From a virus (Duplodnaviria > Caudoviricetes), in the IMG/VR virus record IMGVR_UViG_3300029263_001128, positions 1 to 54,934 of that record: a DNA stretch of 54,934 nucleotides; one strand, given 5' to 3'. Numbering within the stretch: position 1 is the first letter of the stretch; every line of letters starts with the position of its first letter. The position numbers were made by a program, and so were the translations under genes. Below the pieces are notes generated by a model. The model was given only the letters and a program-made list of their open reading frames with translations, did not search any database and was not told the DNA's origin. Shown in pieces: positions 25,110 to 35,687 of the stretch.

Positions 25110-25746
25110 TTTTTACACCCCCGCAGGTGTTCAGGTCTATTCCAAAGATCCCCTAATCAATGATAAAGTTGATATGGATTCGGTAGTGTCAAGGTTTGAA
25201 TCCCTACTTCCAGACCACATAAGGGACGAAGTAGAGATGATTATAGTCGGACATTTTGATGAGTTTGAAGATAGGGGCATAAATGCTTTTTATAAAGACG
25301 GAACTCTGCATGTCTCAAACGCTCAAAACGACAATGAAGACCTTCTGGATGATCTTGTTCACGAAACTGCCCACTCTCTTGAGATGGTTCACGGGCACAT
25401 TATCTATGGAGACGCGAAGCTAAGAAATGAGTTTTTAAGAAAAAGAGAACATCTTTATAACATCTTGTGGAAGATGGGTTTCAAAGCACCCCACGAAATG
25501 TTTATGGACGTTGAATACGATCAAGAATTTGATGAGTTTCTACATCAAGACATTGGTTACGACAAACTTGGAGAGGTTTTAAGAGGTGTTTTCGTCACAC
25601 CTTATGCTGCGACAAGTCTTAGAGAATATTTTGCTACCGCATTCACGGAGTTCTATATCCACCCAGATAGCCACGGCTACCTGAAAAAGGTCTCACCAGA
25701 AGTCTACAACAAACTTGTTGTGCTTCACACGATGAATGAGGCTTGA
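25057..25746 (+). CDS. putative zinc metallopeptidase
   Basis: LVHETAHSLE; REYFATAF. Confidence 0.65.
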   Translation: MLLDYIQKRQQMLQEKSDFYTPAGVQVYSKDPLINDKVDMDSVVSRFESLLPDHIRDEVEMIIVGHFDEFEDRGINAFYKDGTLHVSNAQNDNEDLLDDLVHETAHSLEMVHGHIIYGDAKLRNEFLRKREHLYNILWKMGFKAPHEMFMDVEYDQEFDEFLHQDIGYDKLGEVLRGVFVTPYAATSLREYFATAFTEFYIHPDSHGYLKKVSPEVYNKLVVLHTMNEA

Positions 25747-25771
25747 CAGATAGTCTTGGTGGTGTTATGTT
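25743..25771 (+). promoter_or_regulatory. sigma70-type promoter TTGACA-N17-TATGTT
   Basis: -35 overlaps upstream TGA stop. Confidence 0.6.
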
Positions 25772-25790
25772 AGAGGCATAGGAGATTACT

Positions 25791-26549
25791 ATGCCTCACA
25801 TTTCGTTCTCGGCATTGAAGGACTGGAACTACTGCGCTTGGTATCACAAGCTCACGCGGATTGACAAGATCGGTGGCTTTAAAGGCAATGCCTTCACTGC
25901 CTTCGGTAATGCAATCCACGAAGTTTGCGAGAAAAAGCTTTTGAAAGAAGAGGTTGATGAAGATGAGTTGTTTATCGAACGCTTTGAGCATTTTCTTTCT
26001 GAACTTCCTGAAGAACAGGACAGCAAACTCGTTGAGGAAATGCGCTCACAAGGCAAAGCTATCCTCCCTGAGATTGAAGATGCACTTAATGACTATTTTG
26101 GAGACTATGAAGTCTTGGGCTCTGAGATCCCTCTGGAGGAGCCCATCGAGGGAGAAGACGAAATTATCTTCAAGGGCTACATCGACGGAGTGGTAGCTAC
26201 TCCCGATGGCAAGGTCCATATCTTTGACTGGAAATCTTGTTCTTGGGGCTGGGATGCCAAGCGTCGTAGCGCTCCTATGACGACTTACCAGCTTACTCTT
26301 TACAAGCGATTCTTCGCGCAAAAGATGGATGTTGATCCAAAGAACATTGAGACGCACTTCGCTCTACTCAAGAGAACCTCTAAGAAGAATAGAGTTGAAT
26401 TCTTCAGAGTAACCTCTGGCCCAAGAAAGACTGAGAATGCTTCAAAGCTTTTGAAAAAAGCACTATACAACATCAAGAATAAAAGATACATTAAGAACAG
26501 GATGTCTTGTAGGTCTTGTGCTTTTAACAAGACGGAGCATTGCCAATAG
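25791..26549 (+). CDS. PD-(D/E)XK Cas4/AddB-like exonuclease
   Basis: ISFS..C, GNAIHE, GYIDG, DWKS, QLTLY, CRSC..C. Confidence 0.88.
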   Translation: MPHISFSALKDWNYCAWYHKLTRIDKIGGFKGNAFTAFGNAIHEVCEKKLLKEEVDEDELFIERFEHFLSELPEEQDSKLVEEMRSQGKAILPEIEDALNDYFGDYEVLGSEIPLEEPIEGEDEIIFKGYIDGVVATPDGKVHIFDWKSCSWGWDAKRRSAPMTTYQLTLYKRFFAQKMDVDPKNIETHFALLKRTSKKNRVEFFRVTSGPRKTENASKLLKKALYNIKNKRYIKNRMSCRSCAFNKTEHCQ

Positions 26550-26557
26550 GGGAATAA

Positions 26558-27547
26558 ATGCTAGCAGAATATGTTTGGGTTGATGGTTCAACCCCCTATC
26601 GATTACTAAGAAGTAAAACGAGAGTTTTTGATAAAAGGCCAGAAGAATTTCCATTATGGAACTTTGATGGTTCCTCTACAGATCAGGCCGAAGGAGACAG
26701 TTCTGACTGTGTTCTCCGGCCCGTTTTTGTTTGTGAAGATCCGCTCCGTGTTGACGGAGTGCTTGTTATGTGTGAAGTTTTAACTTCGGAGCTTGTCCCG
26801 CATCCAACCAACACTAGGGTTTTTGCTCAACAAGTCGAAGAGAACTATCTCGAACAAGAAGCATTATTTGGTTTAGAGCAAGAATACACAATCTTCAAGA
26901 ACGGCAGACCCCTTGGATTCCCAAAAGGAGGCTTCCCAGAGCCACAAGGCAAATATTACTGCTCAGTGGGTCAAGGCCGCACTTTCGGTCGTGAGATAGT
27001 GGAAGAACACCTACAGCTTTGCTTGATGGCTGGGCTGACTATCAGCGGTGTTAATGCAGAGGTTATGCCGGGTCAGTGGGAGTTTCAGATTGGACCCCTT
27101 GGGACAGTAGCGTCAGGCGACCAATTAAATGTCGCTCGATATCTATTAGAGCGCGTAAGCGAAAGCCACGGCGTAGAGATAAATTATGAAGCCAAGCCAA
27201 TGCCAGGAGACTGGAATGGTGCTGGCTGTCACGCCAATTTCTCTACTATCGACATGAGAAGATCTTTCAAAGCTTGTGAAGATGCTTGTCGTGCCCTGGG
27301 GGAAAATGTAGAAGAGCACATAGCCAACTACGGACACGACATCGAGTCGCGATTGACCGGAGAGCACGAGACCTGCTCTTATAAAGAGTTTCGCTGGGGT
27401 GTTTCAGACAGAACCGCCTCTATCCGCATCCCGTGGGGTGTTGCAAAGGCAGGTATGGGCTACATTGAAGACCGTCGCCCAAATGCTGATTGTGACCCCT
27501 ACCTCGTGTGCGGACTTATTTTAAAAACAGTTATGGAGAACAGATGA
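26558..27547 (+). CDS. glnII: glutamine synthetase type II
   Basis: EYVWVDG, WNFDGSST.QA, EQEY, NAEVMPGQWEFQ, DWNGAGCH, EDRRP. Confidence 0.95.
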   Translation: MLAEYVWVDGSTPYRLLRSKTRVFDKRPEEFPLWNFDGSSTDQAEGDSSDCVLRPVFVCEDPLRVDGVLVMCEVLTSELVPHPTNTRVFAQQVEENYLEQEALFGLEQEYTIFKNGRPLGFPKGGFPEPQGKYYCSVGQGRTFGREIVEEHLQLCLMAGLTISGVNAEVMPGQWEFQIGPLGTVASGDQLNVARYLLERVSESHGVEINYEAKPMPGDWNGAGCHANFSTIDMRRSFKACEDACRALGENVEEHIANYGHDIESRLTGEHETCSYKEFRWGVSDRTASIRIPWGVAKAGMGYIEDRRPNADCDPYLVCGLILKTVMENR

Positions 27548-28824
27548 CAAAGAAAAAGATTTTGGTCTTATCGGATCACCCCCTATCCCCATCAGGGGTA
27601 GGAACACAAACAAAATATATGATTGAGGCTCTACTCAAGACCGGACGCTATCAGTTCGTTTGTCTTGGCGGGGCGATGAAACACGAGAACTACAGTCCTC
27701 AGAAAGTGGATCCTTGGGGTGACGACTGGCGAATTTTTCCCGTTGATGGGTATGGAAACCACGAGATTATCCGCTCTATTTTACAGAAAGAGCGTCCTGA
27801 CGCTATCTGGTTCATGACTGACCCGCGTTTTTATGGATGGTTGTGGGAGATTGAGAACGAAGTCCGCGCCAACATCCCAATGGTTTATTACCATGTCTGG
27901 GACAATTTTCCTGCTCCACATTACAATGCTAATTTCTATAGTTCCACTGATGTTGTGGCCTGCATCTCTAAAGTCACCTATCAGATTGTCAAAGAAGTAG
28001 CACCAGATGTTGAGTCTTGTTACCTTCCACACGCTGTAAACGAGACTTTCTTCCATCCTTCTAAGACAGACGAAGAAAAGAAAAATGAACAATTGATGCG
28101 TCAGCGCATTTACGATTCTTCCACAATCAAGAACAATAATAAAATGATCTTCTTCTGGAATAATCGCAATGCCCGCCGCAAACAAAGTGGCACACTTATC
28201 TGGTGGTTCAAGGAGTGGCTAGATAAGGTTGGACACGACAAGGCGACCCTCTTAATGCACACAGATCCACGAGACCCTCATGGACAGGATCTCCCCCACT
28301 TGATTGGTCACCTTGGACTTGAGAACGGTCAAGTGTTGCTTTCTACGAGAAAAGTTGCCCCCGATGAGTTAGCTAACCTCTACAGGATGTCCGACTACAC
28401 AATCAATATTTCAGATGCTGAAGGTTTTGGACTAGCAACGCTTGAGTCACTCTCTTGCGGGACTCCGATAATCGTCAACATGACCGGAGGGCTTCAAGAA
28501 CAGGTAACAGATGGCAAGAATTTCTTTGGCTTTGCCATAGAACCTGTGTCAAAGACAGTAATTGGTTCGCTACAGGTGCCCTACATCTATGAAGACAGGA
28601 TCTCGCAAAGAGACTTTGAGAAGGCCATGACCAAGGCATTGAAAAACCCTGCGAAGAAGTATAAGCAAATGTCTTCACAAGGCCGTAGACATGTGCTAAA
28701 ATCTTATAACTTTGAGACTTTTGAAAAGTCCTGGGTTGACCTAATGGACAAGACCATAGAAGAGCATGGTTCTTGGGAAACAAGAACCGGCTACAAACGA
28801 TGGCACCTAATGGAGGTAGCATGA
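27544..28824 (+). CDS. GT-B (GT4-like) glycosyltransferase
   Basis: start MTKKKILVLSD; RNARRK; EGFGLATLESLSCGTP. Confidence 0.9.
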   Translation: MTKKKILVLSDHPLSPSGVGTQTKYMIEALLKTGRYQFVCLGGAMKHENYSPQKVDPWGDDWRIFPVDGYGNHEIIRSILQKERPDAIWFMTDPRFYGWLWEIENEVRANIPMVYYHVWDNFPAPHYNANFYSSTDVVACISKVTYQIVKEVAPDVESCYLPHAVNETFFHPSKTDEEKKNEQLMRQRIYDSSTIKNNNKMIFFWNNRNARRKQSGTLIWWFKEWLDKVGHDKATLLMHTDPRDPHGQDLPHLIGHLGLENGQVLLSTRKVAPDELANLYRMSDYTINISDAEGFGLATLESLSCGTPIIVNMTGGLQEQVTDGKNFFGFAIEPVSKTVIGSLQVPYIYEDRISQRDFEKAMTKALKNPAKKYKQMSSQGRRHVLKSYNFETFEKSWVDLMDKTIEEHGSWETRTGYKRWHLMEVA

Positions 28825-30056
28825 GAAAAAAAGTTATTCTTAAGGGTCCACTTTTGACCCGTTCTGGCTATGGAGAACAGGCTCGCTTTGCTCTTCGTTC
28901 TCTTCGCTCCCGCGAAGATCTGTTTGATATTTTTATCCAGCCTTTATCTTGGGGGCAAACCTCTTGGTCTTGCGATATGGATGAGGAGCGACTTTGGATT
29001 GATCAAACAATTGAGAAGACTATTGGCCACATTCAACAAGGAGGTCAGTTTGACATTTCATTGCAGGTCACAATTCCTAACGAGTTCCAGCCTATGGCAC
29101 CCGTTAATGTAGGCTACACAGCCGGCATTGAGACGACAAAAGTCGCACACCAGTGGATTCAAAAAGCTAATGAGATGGACAAGATCATTGTTGTTTCTTC
29201 ACATTCCAAGCAGGTGTTTGAGAACACAGAATATGAAGCTACAAATAAAGAAACTGGAGAGCAAGTCACTTTAAGAACGCAATCTCCAGTAGAGTTTGTG
29301 AACTATCCAGTAAAAAGCCATGAGACACTCCCAGAGTTGGAATTGGGACTTACAACATCGTTTAATTTCTTGGCTGTAGCACAGTTCGGCCCAAGAAAGA
29401 ATTTACAAAACACCATTAAATGGTTTATCGAAGAATTCAGAGAAGACGATGTCGGTCTTATTTTAAAATCAAACATGGCAAAGAATTGTTTGATGGACAG
29501 GAAGAGACTTCACTCAGAGCTTACAAATTTTATAAGAAAACAGGGAGAGAGACAGTGTAAAGTATACCTCCTACATGGCGACATGACTGACGCAGAAATG
29601 CACGCGCTCTATAATGATAATCAAGTCCACGCATTTGTCTCTCTCCCTCACGGAGAAGGTTTTGGCCTTCCGCTATTTGAAGCTGCATATTCTGGACTCC
29701 CTGTGGTCACTGTAGGCTGGTCTGGGCAGCTAGATTTTCTTGTAGACACCGAAGGTCAAGAACAATTTTACAACGTCGCCTTCGACCTCCAGCCAGTCCA
29801 GAAAGAGGTTGTTTGGGATGGGGTTATCACCCCAGACTCAATGTGGGCGTATGCTCGCGAGACTTCTGCTAAAGAGCAGATGCGTCTTTGCTATGATCAC
29901 GAGGTCGCCGGAACCACAAGGTGGGATAACTCTGGAATTATAGAGCGCTTCTCTCAAGAGAAGATGTATAAGCAGTTTATAGAAGCTTTTTACGAAGAAG
30001 AAAAGTTTGAAGTTTCAGAATGGTTAGCCGAGCTAGGAGAAATTGAAACACAATGA
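28821..30056 (+). CDS. GT-B (GT4-like) glycosyltransferase
   Basis: GGAGG RBS, MRKKV; SGYG; RKN; GEGFGLPLFEA. Confidence 0.9.
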   Translation: MRKKVILKGPLLTRSGYGEQARFALRSLRSREDLFDIFIQPLSWGQTSWSCDMDEERLWIDQTIEKTIGHIQQGGQFDISLQVTIPNEFQPMAPVNVGYTAGIETTKVAHQWIQKANEMDKIIVVSSHSKQVFENTEYEATNKETGEQVTLRTQSPVEFVNYPVKSHETLPELELGLTTSFNFLAVAQFGPRKNLQNTIKWFIEEFREDDVGLILKSNMAKNCLMDRKRLHSELTNFIRKQGERQCKVYLLHGDMTDAEMHALYNDNQVHAFVSLPHGEGFGLPLFEAAYSGLPVVTVGWSGQLDFLVDTEGQEQFYNVAFDLQPVQKEVVWDGVITPDSMWAYARETSAKEQMRLCYDHEVAGTTRWDNSGIIERFSQEKMYKQFIEAFYEEEKFEVSEWLAELGEIETQ

Positions 30057-30886
30057 AGATCTTCTTTGTCGCTGACTTTTTCTTAAGAGACATCTTGGGC
30101 GGTGGTGAACTAAACAATCACGAACTGGTAAGGTTGCTTAAGACAAAAGGGTTTACGTCAAAAGAAGTTCAGAGCCATCTTGTTAACAAAGAGTGGATTA
30201 AAGAAAGAGACAACTTTGTTATTAGCAACTTTATCAATTTATCCGAATTGTGTAAAAATCAACTACTAAACAAAAAATACATAATCTATGAACACGATCA
30301 CAAGTATGTAAAAAATAGAAATCCATGCTTATATCCAGACTTTAAAGCACCAAAAGAAGAACTTATTAATTTAAACTTTTATAAAAATGCAAAAGCAGTC
30401 CTCTGTCAGTCTAGTTTGCATTTGGACATTATTCACAAAAACACTGGGTTAGATAATTTAGTCAATTTAGGCGGAAATCTATGGAGCACGGACTCGTTAG
30501 AGCACATGAGAAAGCTATGTGCACCGCCAAAAGAAGATAAATATTGCATTCTTGACTCCCACATACCACATAAAAATAAAGATGATGCAATAAGATATTG
30601 TAAAATTAAAAATTATAATTATTCTCTTGTGTCTGATTCGAATTACTACAATTTCTTAAAAAAAATGAGTTCAAATAGCGGGTTTGTTTTTTTTCCTAAA
30701 ACACCTGAAACTCTATCTAGGATTACTGTAGAAGCAAGAATGATGAATATGAAAACCATCACAAATAAAAATGTTGGCGCAATAAGCGAGCCTTGGTTTT
30801 CACTAAAAGGCGAAGAGCTAATAGACAGAATGTTTCTCAAAAGACAAGAAATAGCAGACAAGATAATAAGGATTTTAAATGAATAA
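30053..30886 (+). CDS. putative glycosyltransferase
   Basis: GGGE N-terminus; ETLSRITVEARMM GT-B-like motif. Confidence 0.65.
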   Translation: MKIFFVADFFLRDILGGGELNNHELVRLLKTKGFTSKEVQSHLVNKEWIKERDNFVISNFINLSELCKNQLLNKKYIIYEHDHKYVKNRNPCLYPDFKAPKEELINLNFYKNAKAVLCQSSLHLDIIHKNTGLDNLVNLGGNLWSTDSLEHMRKLCAPPKEDKYCILDSHIPHKNKDDAIRYCKIKNYNYSLVSDSNYYNFLKKMSSNSGFVFFPKTPETLSRITVEARMMNMKTITNKNVGAISEPWFSLKGEELIDRMFLKRQEIADKIIRILNE

Positions 30887-31628
30887 CCGATTTGTAATAA
30901 TTACTCCGTTTTATAATGTAGAGGAGTGGATTAGTCTTTGTGTAAAAAGCGTAAAAAAACAAAATTATGATAATTACGTCCATTATCTTATAGATGATTT
31001 ATCAACTGACAACACAACAGATAAAATAGAAGCACTTTCAAAAGACACAGACAAGATCTTTCTAGTAAAAAACACAGAAAAGAAATATGCTTTGAAGAAC
31101 ATTCATGACACGCTACAGTCCATTGACATAGCTGACAATGACATTGTCGTAATTTTAGATGGAGACGACTGGCTTGCGAGCAGTGATGTCTTGGAAAGGA
31201 TAAACAAAGAGTATCAAGAAACAAATTGCATAATGACCTATGGCTCTTATGTTGAATATCCCTCTTTGGAGAGAGGCAAGTTTGCCAAGAAAATTCCTAA
31301 TCAAATAATAGAACAGAGATCTTATAGAAGGCATCAGTGGATGTCATCTCATTTAAGGACATTTCGTCACAAGTTATGGAAGAGAATAGATAGAAAAGAT
31401 TTTATAAACGAAGAGACAGGCAATTTTGTAAAAGCAGCATGGGATTTGGCTTTTGTTTTCCCGATGTTGGAGATGGCTGGCCACAGGGCTCACTACATTA
31501 AGGACATCTTATACATGTACAACCGTAGCAATCCTCTCAATGAAGATAAGGTTGACCACCCTCTACAATTATCTGAAGAGGCGCAAGTCAGAAGAAGACA
31601 TCCTTACCAGTTAATAGAGGAAATATAA
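30879..31628 (+). CDS. GT2 family glycosyltransferase
   Basis: IITPFYN, IDDLSTD, LDGDDW. Confidence 0.9.
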   Translation: MNNRFVIITPFYNVEEWISLCVKSVKKQNYDNYVHYLIDDLSTDNTTDKIEALSKDTDKIFLVKNTEKKYALKNIHDTLQSIDIADNDIVVILDGDDWLASSDVLERINKEYQETNCIMTYGSYVEYPSLERGKFAKKIPNQIIEQRSYRRHQWMSSHLRTFRHKLWKRIDRKDFINEETGNFVKAAWDLAFVFPMLEMAGHRAHYIKDILYMYNRSNPLNEDKVDHPLQLSEEAQVRRRHPYQLIEEI

Positions 31629-33259
31629 TGAGAATCCTTGGACTAATGTCAAGCCATGATTGCTCTTTTGCAATTTTAGACAAAGGAATCCCAGTGTTCC
31701 ACGCGGAATTAGAAAGATACGTTAGAAAAAAAGAACCAGAGGGCGATCCCTTTGCTTTTTTTCAAGATGTGTGTGGACAAGATGCCTGGAAACAAATTGA
31801 TGCGATAACTGCTTGTCATGGTTTTGTGGAGCATATGAGGAGCAATTTTCCAGATGGTTTCGAAAAACTTATGGAAATTGTAAAGAATAATAACATTCCG
31901 TTTTACAGCGTAGGACATCACCAGAGCCATGCCGCAAACGCTTTTTATTCTAGCAACTTTAAAGAAGCACTGGTGGTGACTCTTGATGGCGGCGGCCTGG
32001 ATCTAGCGTCAGATAACTCTTCTATTATTCCCACCTCTTTTACTGTGTGGGATGGGGAAGATAAAAAGCTAAGGAATGTTTCAATAACTCACAGCGAATT
32101 ATTAAACATTGGTTTTGCTTGGCAAAGGGTCACAAGACTTGTTTTTGGCCTTTCTGCTGGCTACCCAAAGGGCAACCAAGCAGGAACAGTCATGGCAATG
32201 GCTTGCATGGGAGACGCAGACAAATATTTGGATTATTTTGAAAAATTTAATTTTACCAATAGTTCTTTTCACGTTGATAGTCCTGAAAGTGAAAAGTATT
32301 TTGATTTTGTAAAGATGCGAGAAATAGCCTCCAGATCCGAGCAAGATGCCTTTGATGTTGCGGCTGCTCTTCAGAAAGCAACTGAAAATAAAGTAAAGCA
32401 AATCTTTGATGTCCTTGTGAAACAAACAGATAGAAAACTTCTTTGTCTCTCTGGAGGCGTTTTTTTGAATTCTGTAATGACAGGTAAATTATACGAATGG
32501 TATAAAGACAAATTTGAAGAAATTTATGTGTGTCCTGTCTCATACGACGCTGGGATTTCTATAGGGTCCGCACAATTTGTGTGGCACCACGTAATGAAAA
32601 AACCCAGAATTGAATGGAAAAACAATGCAACTCCTTTTCTAGGAGAAACTTATGAAACAACAGCTATAGAAAAAGCTCTTGCATCTATGATCTATATTGA
32701 TGGCAAAGATTTAAAAGTCACCAACGCTGGCATAGACGAAATAATAGACTTACTAGATGGCCAAAACATCATCTCTGTATTTTCAGGACCGTCCGAGTCG
32801 GGACGCCGTGCTTTAGGAAACAGAAGTATTATCGCCGATCCTAGGCGCCTTGAAATGAAAGACACAATTAATGAAAAGGTGAAACATCGTCAATGGTATC
32901 GTCCGTTTGCTCCTTCAATTTTAAGAGAAAAGGTTTCTGAATGGTTTGAGATAGACATAGATAGTCCTTACATGTCTTACGTTATTGATTTTAAAGAAGA
33001 AATGAGAAATAAGGTGCCTGCCGTTGTTCACATCGATGGCACTGCTAGATTACAAACAGTCACAAAAGAAGATAATGGCTGGTATTATGAGTTAATAAAA
33101 AAATGGGATCAAAAGACGGGAGTGCCAATCATCTTAAACACTAGCTTCAATGATCGTGAACCAATTGTCGAAACTCCTGAACATGCTATCTCTTGTTTTG
33201 TCGGCACAAACATAGACTATTTATATTTTGTTGATGCAAAGATTCTAGTCTCTAAATAG
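31628..33259 (+). CDS. O-carbamoyltransferase (NodU/CmcH family)
   Basis: HD, ER..R.K, HHQSHA, LDGGG, SGGVFLNS, DAG..G, RALGNRSI, RPFAP, VHIDGTARLQTV, LNTSFN. Confidence 0.95.
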   Translation: MRILGLMSSHDCSFAILDKGIPVFHAELERYVRKKEPEGDPFAFFQDVCGQDAWKQIDAITACHGFVEHMRSNFPDGFEKLMEIVKNNNIPFYSVGHHQSHAANAFYSSNFKEALVVTLDGGGLDLASDNSSIIPTSFTVWDGEDKKLRNVSITHSELLNIGFAWQRVTRLVFGLSAGYPKGNQAGTVMAMACMGDADKYLDYFEKFNFTNSSFHVDSPESEKYFDFVKMREIASRSEQDAFDVAAALQKATENKVKQIFDVLVKQTDRKLLCLSGGVFLNSVMTGKLYEWYKDKFEEIYVCPVSYDAGISIGSAQFVWHHVMKKPRIEWKNNATPFLGETYETTAIEKALASMIYIDGKDLKVTNAGIDEIIDLLDGQNIISVFSGPSESGRRALGNRSIIADPRRLEMKDTINEKVKHRQWYRPFAPSILREKVSEWFEIDIDSPYMSYVIDFKEEMRNKVPAVVHIDGTARLQTVTKEDNGWYYELIKKWDQKTGVPIILNTSFNDREPIVETPEHAISCFVGTNIDYLYFVDAKILVSK

Positions 33260-33269
33260 GAAAATAGTA

Positions 33270-34055
33270 ATGCTATCTTGTGAAATGGTCGGAAGGCTCG
33301 GCAATCAAATGTTTATTGCAGCAGCAGCCCACTCCTTGGCCTTAGATAACGATGATCAGGTAATTTACCCGAATTCAATAGGCGGCATTTGCCCCACGCC
33401 AGATGAAACAATAGTCCATCGAAAAACCATATTCAGAAATTTACATTATACCAATGATCTATCTTTTTTAAAGTTTGTGTATTCGGAAAGCCCAAGCATG
33501 GAATTTAAAGAGATCGACTATAGAGAGAATCTTTTTATCAAAGGCTACTTCCAATCAGAAAATTATTTTAAGCACAACAGGGAACACATAATAAAACTTT
33601 TCTCACCTCAAAGAGAAATAGAAGAGTTTATAAACAAAAAACACAGTAGCCTCATTGATAGTAGCGAACATGTGTCAGTTCATGTTAGGCGGGGTGACTA
33701 TCTAAAATTAAGTGATTATCATAATGTCTTGGGAAAAGGATATTATCAAAAAGCTATGAAAGAATATGATGGAGCAAAATTTGTTTTTTTTAGTGATGAT
33801 ATCGATTGGTGTCGAGAGACATTCAAAGGCCGCAATTCTGTATTTATTGAAAAGCAGCCTGATGTAATGGATCTTTTTTTAATGTCAAAAATTACTCATA
33901 ACATAATAGCAAATTCTTCTTTTTCTTGGTGGGGAGCTTGGCTAAATAAAACTGAAAAGCAGACGGTTGTCTGTCCTAGTGAATGGTTCGGCCCCAAGAA
34001 CAGTCACTTGATTACAAAAGATTTAACACCTTCATCATGGAATGCTATAGTGTAA
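33270..34055 (+). CDS. GT11 alpha-1,2-fucosyl/colitosyltransferase
   Basis: GRLGNQMF, GYFQSE.YF, HVRRGDY, FSDD..W, NSSFSWWGAWL. Confidence 0.92.
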   Translation: MLSCEMVGRLGNQMFIAAAAHSLALDNDDQVIYPNSIGGICPTPDETIVHRKTIFRNLHYTNDLSFLKFVYSESPSMEFKEIDYRENLFIKGYFQSENYFKHNREHIIKLFSPQREIEEFINKKHSSLIDSSEHVSVHVRRGDYLKLSDYHNVLGKGYYQKAMKEYDGAKFVFFSDDIDWCRETFKGRNSVFIEKQPDVMDLFLMSKITHNIIANSSFSWWGAWLNKTEKQTVVCPSEWFGPKNSHLITKDLTPSSWNAIV

Positions 34056-34074
34056 TTATCAAATAGGAATTTTT

Positions 34075-35001
34075 ATGAAAATTGAAGAGTTTATAGACAA
34101 CATTAAAAGAGACGACGAGGGGCATGTTGTTCTGAATCTAATAGATAACACCATCCTCCACACTAGCTACTTAGCGTCTGCTCTCCGTTGCAGTGCACCA
34201 AACCATGAAAGAGATCCCGATAACGTCCGCTATGTGAACGGGATGAGAGACTGGGACGGAATAACAGTCTTCACAGACAAAACGTTCCATTTGGCACCAC
34301 AAGTTACCAGCCCTATCAAGATTGCTTGGGTAGTGGAGCCCTATGACCTGCTGCCACAAATTTATGAGTTAGTTGTTAAATTTGAAGATGAGTTTGATTT
34401 TATCTTTACTTACGAAAAGACTCTTCTGGACAGAAATCCAAATAAGTATAAATTTCTTCCTTGCGACACATCAGGTATAGAAATAGAGAGCCACAAACTA
34501 CATCAAAAAACAAAGCTTGTATCTATGATCTATTCTGAAAAAACTTGGTTATTTGGCCATAGGCTGCGACATATAATAGCAAAAACATTAATACCTGAAA
34601 TGGGTTATGATAAGATTGATTTTTTTGGAAGAGGCACCACTACGCCAATTGAGTTAAAATCAGAAGGCACGAATCCCTACATGTTCCAGATAGCTATGGA
34701 GAATGCAAGAAGAGAAAATTACTTTGCTGATAAAATCTATGACTGTTTCGTAGCTGGAACAGTTCCCATTTATTGGGGTGCCCCTAACGTCGGAGATTTT
34801 TTTGATATGAGAGGGATTCTTTCGTTCGAGCACCCAGCAGAATTGAAAGAGATTCTTTTATCTCTTAACCAAGAGAAATATGAATCAATGTATGACGGCG
34901 TAAAAGAAAACTTTGAAAGAGTAAAGCACTATCTTCGTCCAGATGACCTTTTATACGACAGCATTATTGATCAACTAAGACTCAGAGGAGAATCTGCATG
35001 A
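34075..35001 (+). CDS. GT10-like fucosyltransferase
   Basis: YMFQIAMEN..Y..DKIYDCF..GTVPIYWG. Confidence 0.75.
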   Translation: MKIEEFIDNIKRDDEGHVVLNLIDNTILHTSYLASALRCSAPNHERDPDNVRYVNGMRDWDGITVFTDKTFHLAPQVTSPIKIAWVVEPYDLLPQIYELVVKFEDEFDFIFTYEKTLLDRNPNKYKFLPCDTSGIEIESHKLHQKTKLVSMIYSEKTWLFGHRLRHIIAKTLIPEMGYDKIDFFGRGTTTPIELKSEGTNPYMFQIAMENARRENYFADKIYDCFVAGTVPIYWGAPNVGDFFDMRGILSFEHPAELKEILLSLNQEKYESMYDGVKENFERVKHYLRPDDLLYDSIIDQLRLRGESA

Positions 35002-35687
35002 AAGACTATGATCCACTCAGAGAATACGCTTTAGAAAAATTAAAATCAGACGGTTTGATTGAAGATGCGTGGGGTGCAGTTGATCTATTTGAGAGAACAG
35101 TGGCGGAATACACAGGAAGCAAATATGCTGTTTCGGTGGACAATTGCACAGATGCAATTTTTCTTTGTCTGAAATATCTAAGGTGCGACCAGGAATCAGC
35201 AACTATTACGATACCGGAAAGAACTTATTGTTCAATTCCAATGACCATCAACAATGCCGGGTGTAATTACAAGTTTAAAGATTTTGAGTGGTCTGGAACC
35301 TACCAGCTTACTCCTTATCCAATTTATGATTCGGCCTTGAGACTAACTAAGGGGATGTATGTAAAAGACACCTTTCAGTGCCTATCTTTTCATAGGAGAA
35401 AGATTCTGAAACTAACCAAGGGCGGAATGATTCTCACTGATAATCTCGAAGCGGCTGAGTGGTTTAAGGCCGCTCGCTGCAAAGGCAGGCACCCTCACAG
35501 AAAAACCTTCTATAAAGATGAAAAGTTTGATACAATGGGGTGGAACATGTATTTACATCCAGAAGACGCTGCAAAAGCATATTTAATTTTAGAACAATTA
35601 CCAATCAACAACGAAGATGGAGGCGGAAGCAAATCTTATGACAATCTTACAAAACATAAAATTTTTCTTGAAAAAGAGACTCGCTAG
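34998..35687 (+). CDS. short DegT/DnrJ-family PLP enzyme
   Basis: FE...AEY.G.KYAV, YDSA, SFHRRK..GG, GWNMY. Confidence 0.8.
   Translation: MKDYDPLREYALEKLKSDGLIEDAWGAVDLFERTVAEYTGSKYAVSVDNCTDAIFLCLKYLRCDQESATITIPERTYCSIPMTINNAGCNYKFKDFEWSGTYQLTPYPIYDSALRLTKGMYVKDTFQCLSFHRRKILKLTKGGMILTDNLEAAEWFKAARCKGRHPHRKTFYKDEKFDTMGWNMYLHPEDAAKAYLILEQLPINNEDGGGSKSYDNLTKHKIFLEKETR

Noticed and set aside
25791-26549. Cas4-like nuclease as evidence of a CRISPR-Cas system
   Set aside because: No cas1/cas2 or array nearby; stand-alone Cas4-like exonucleases are common in phages.
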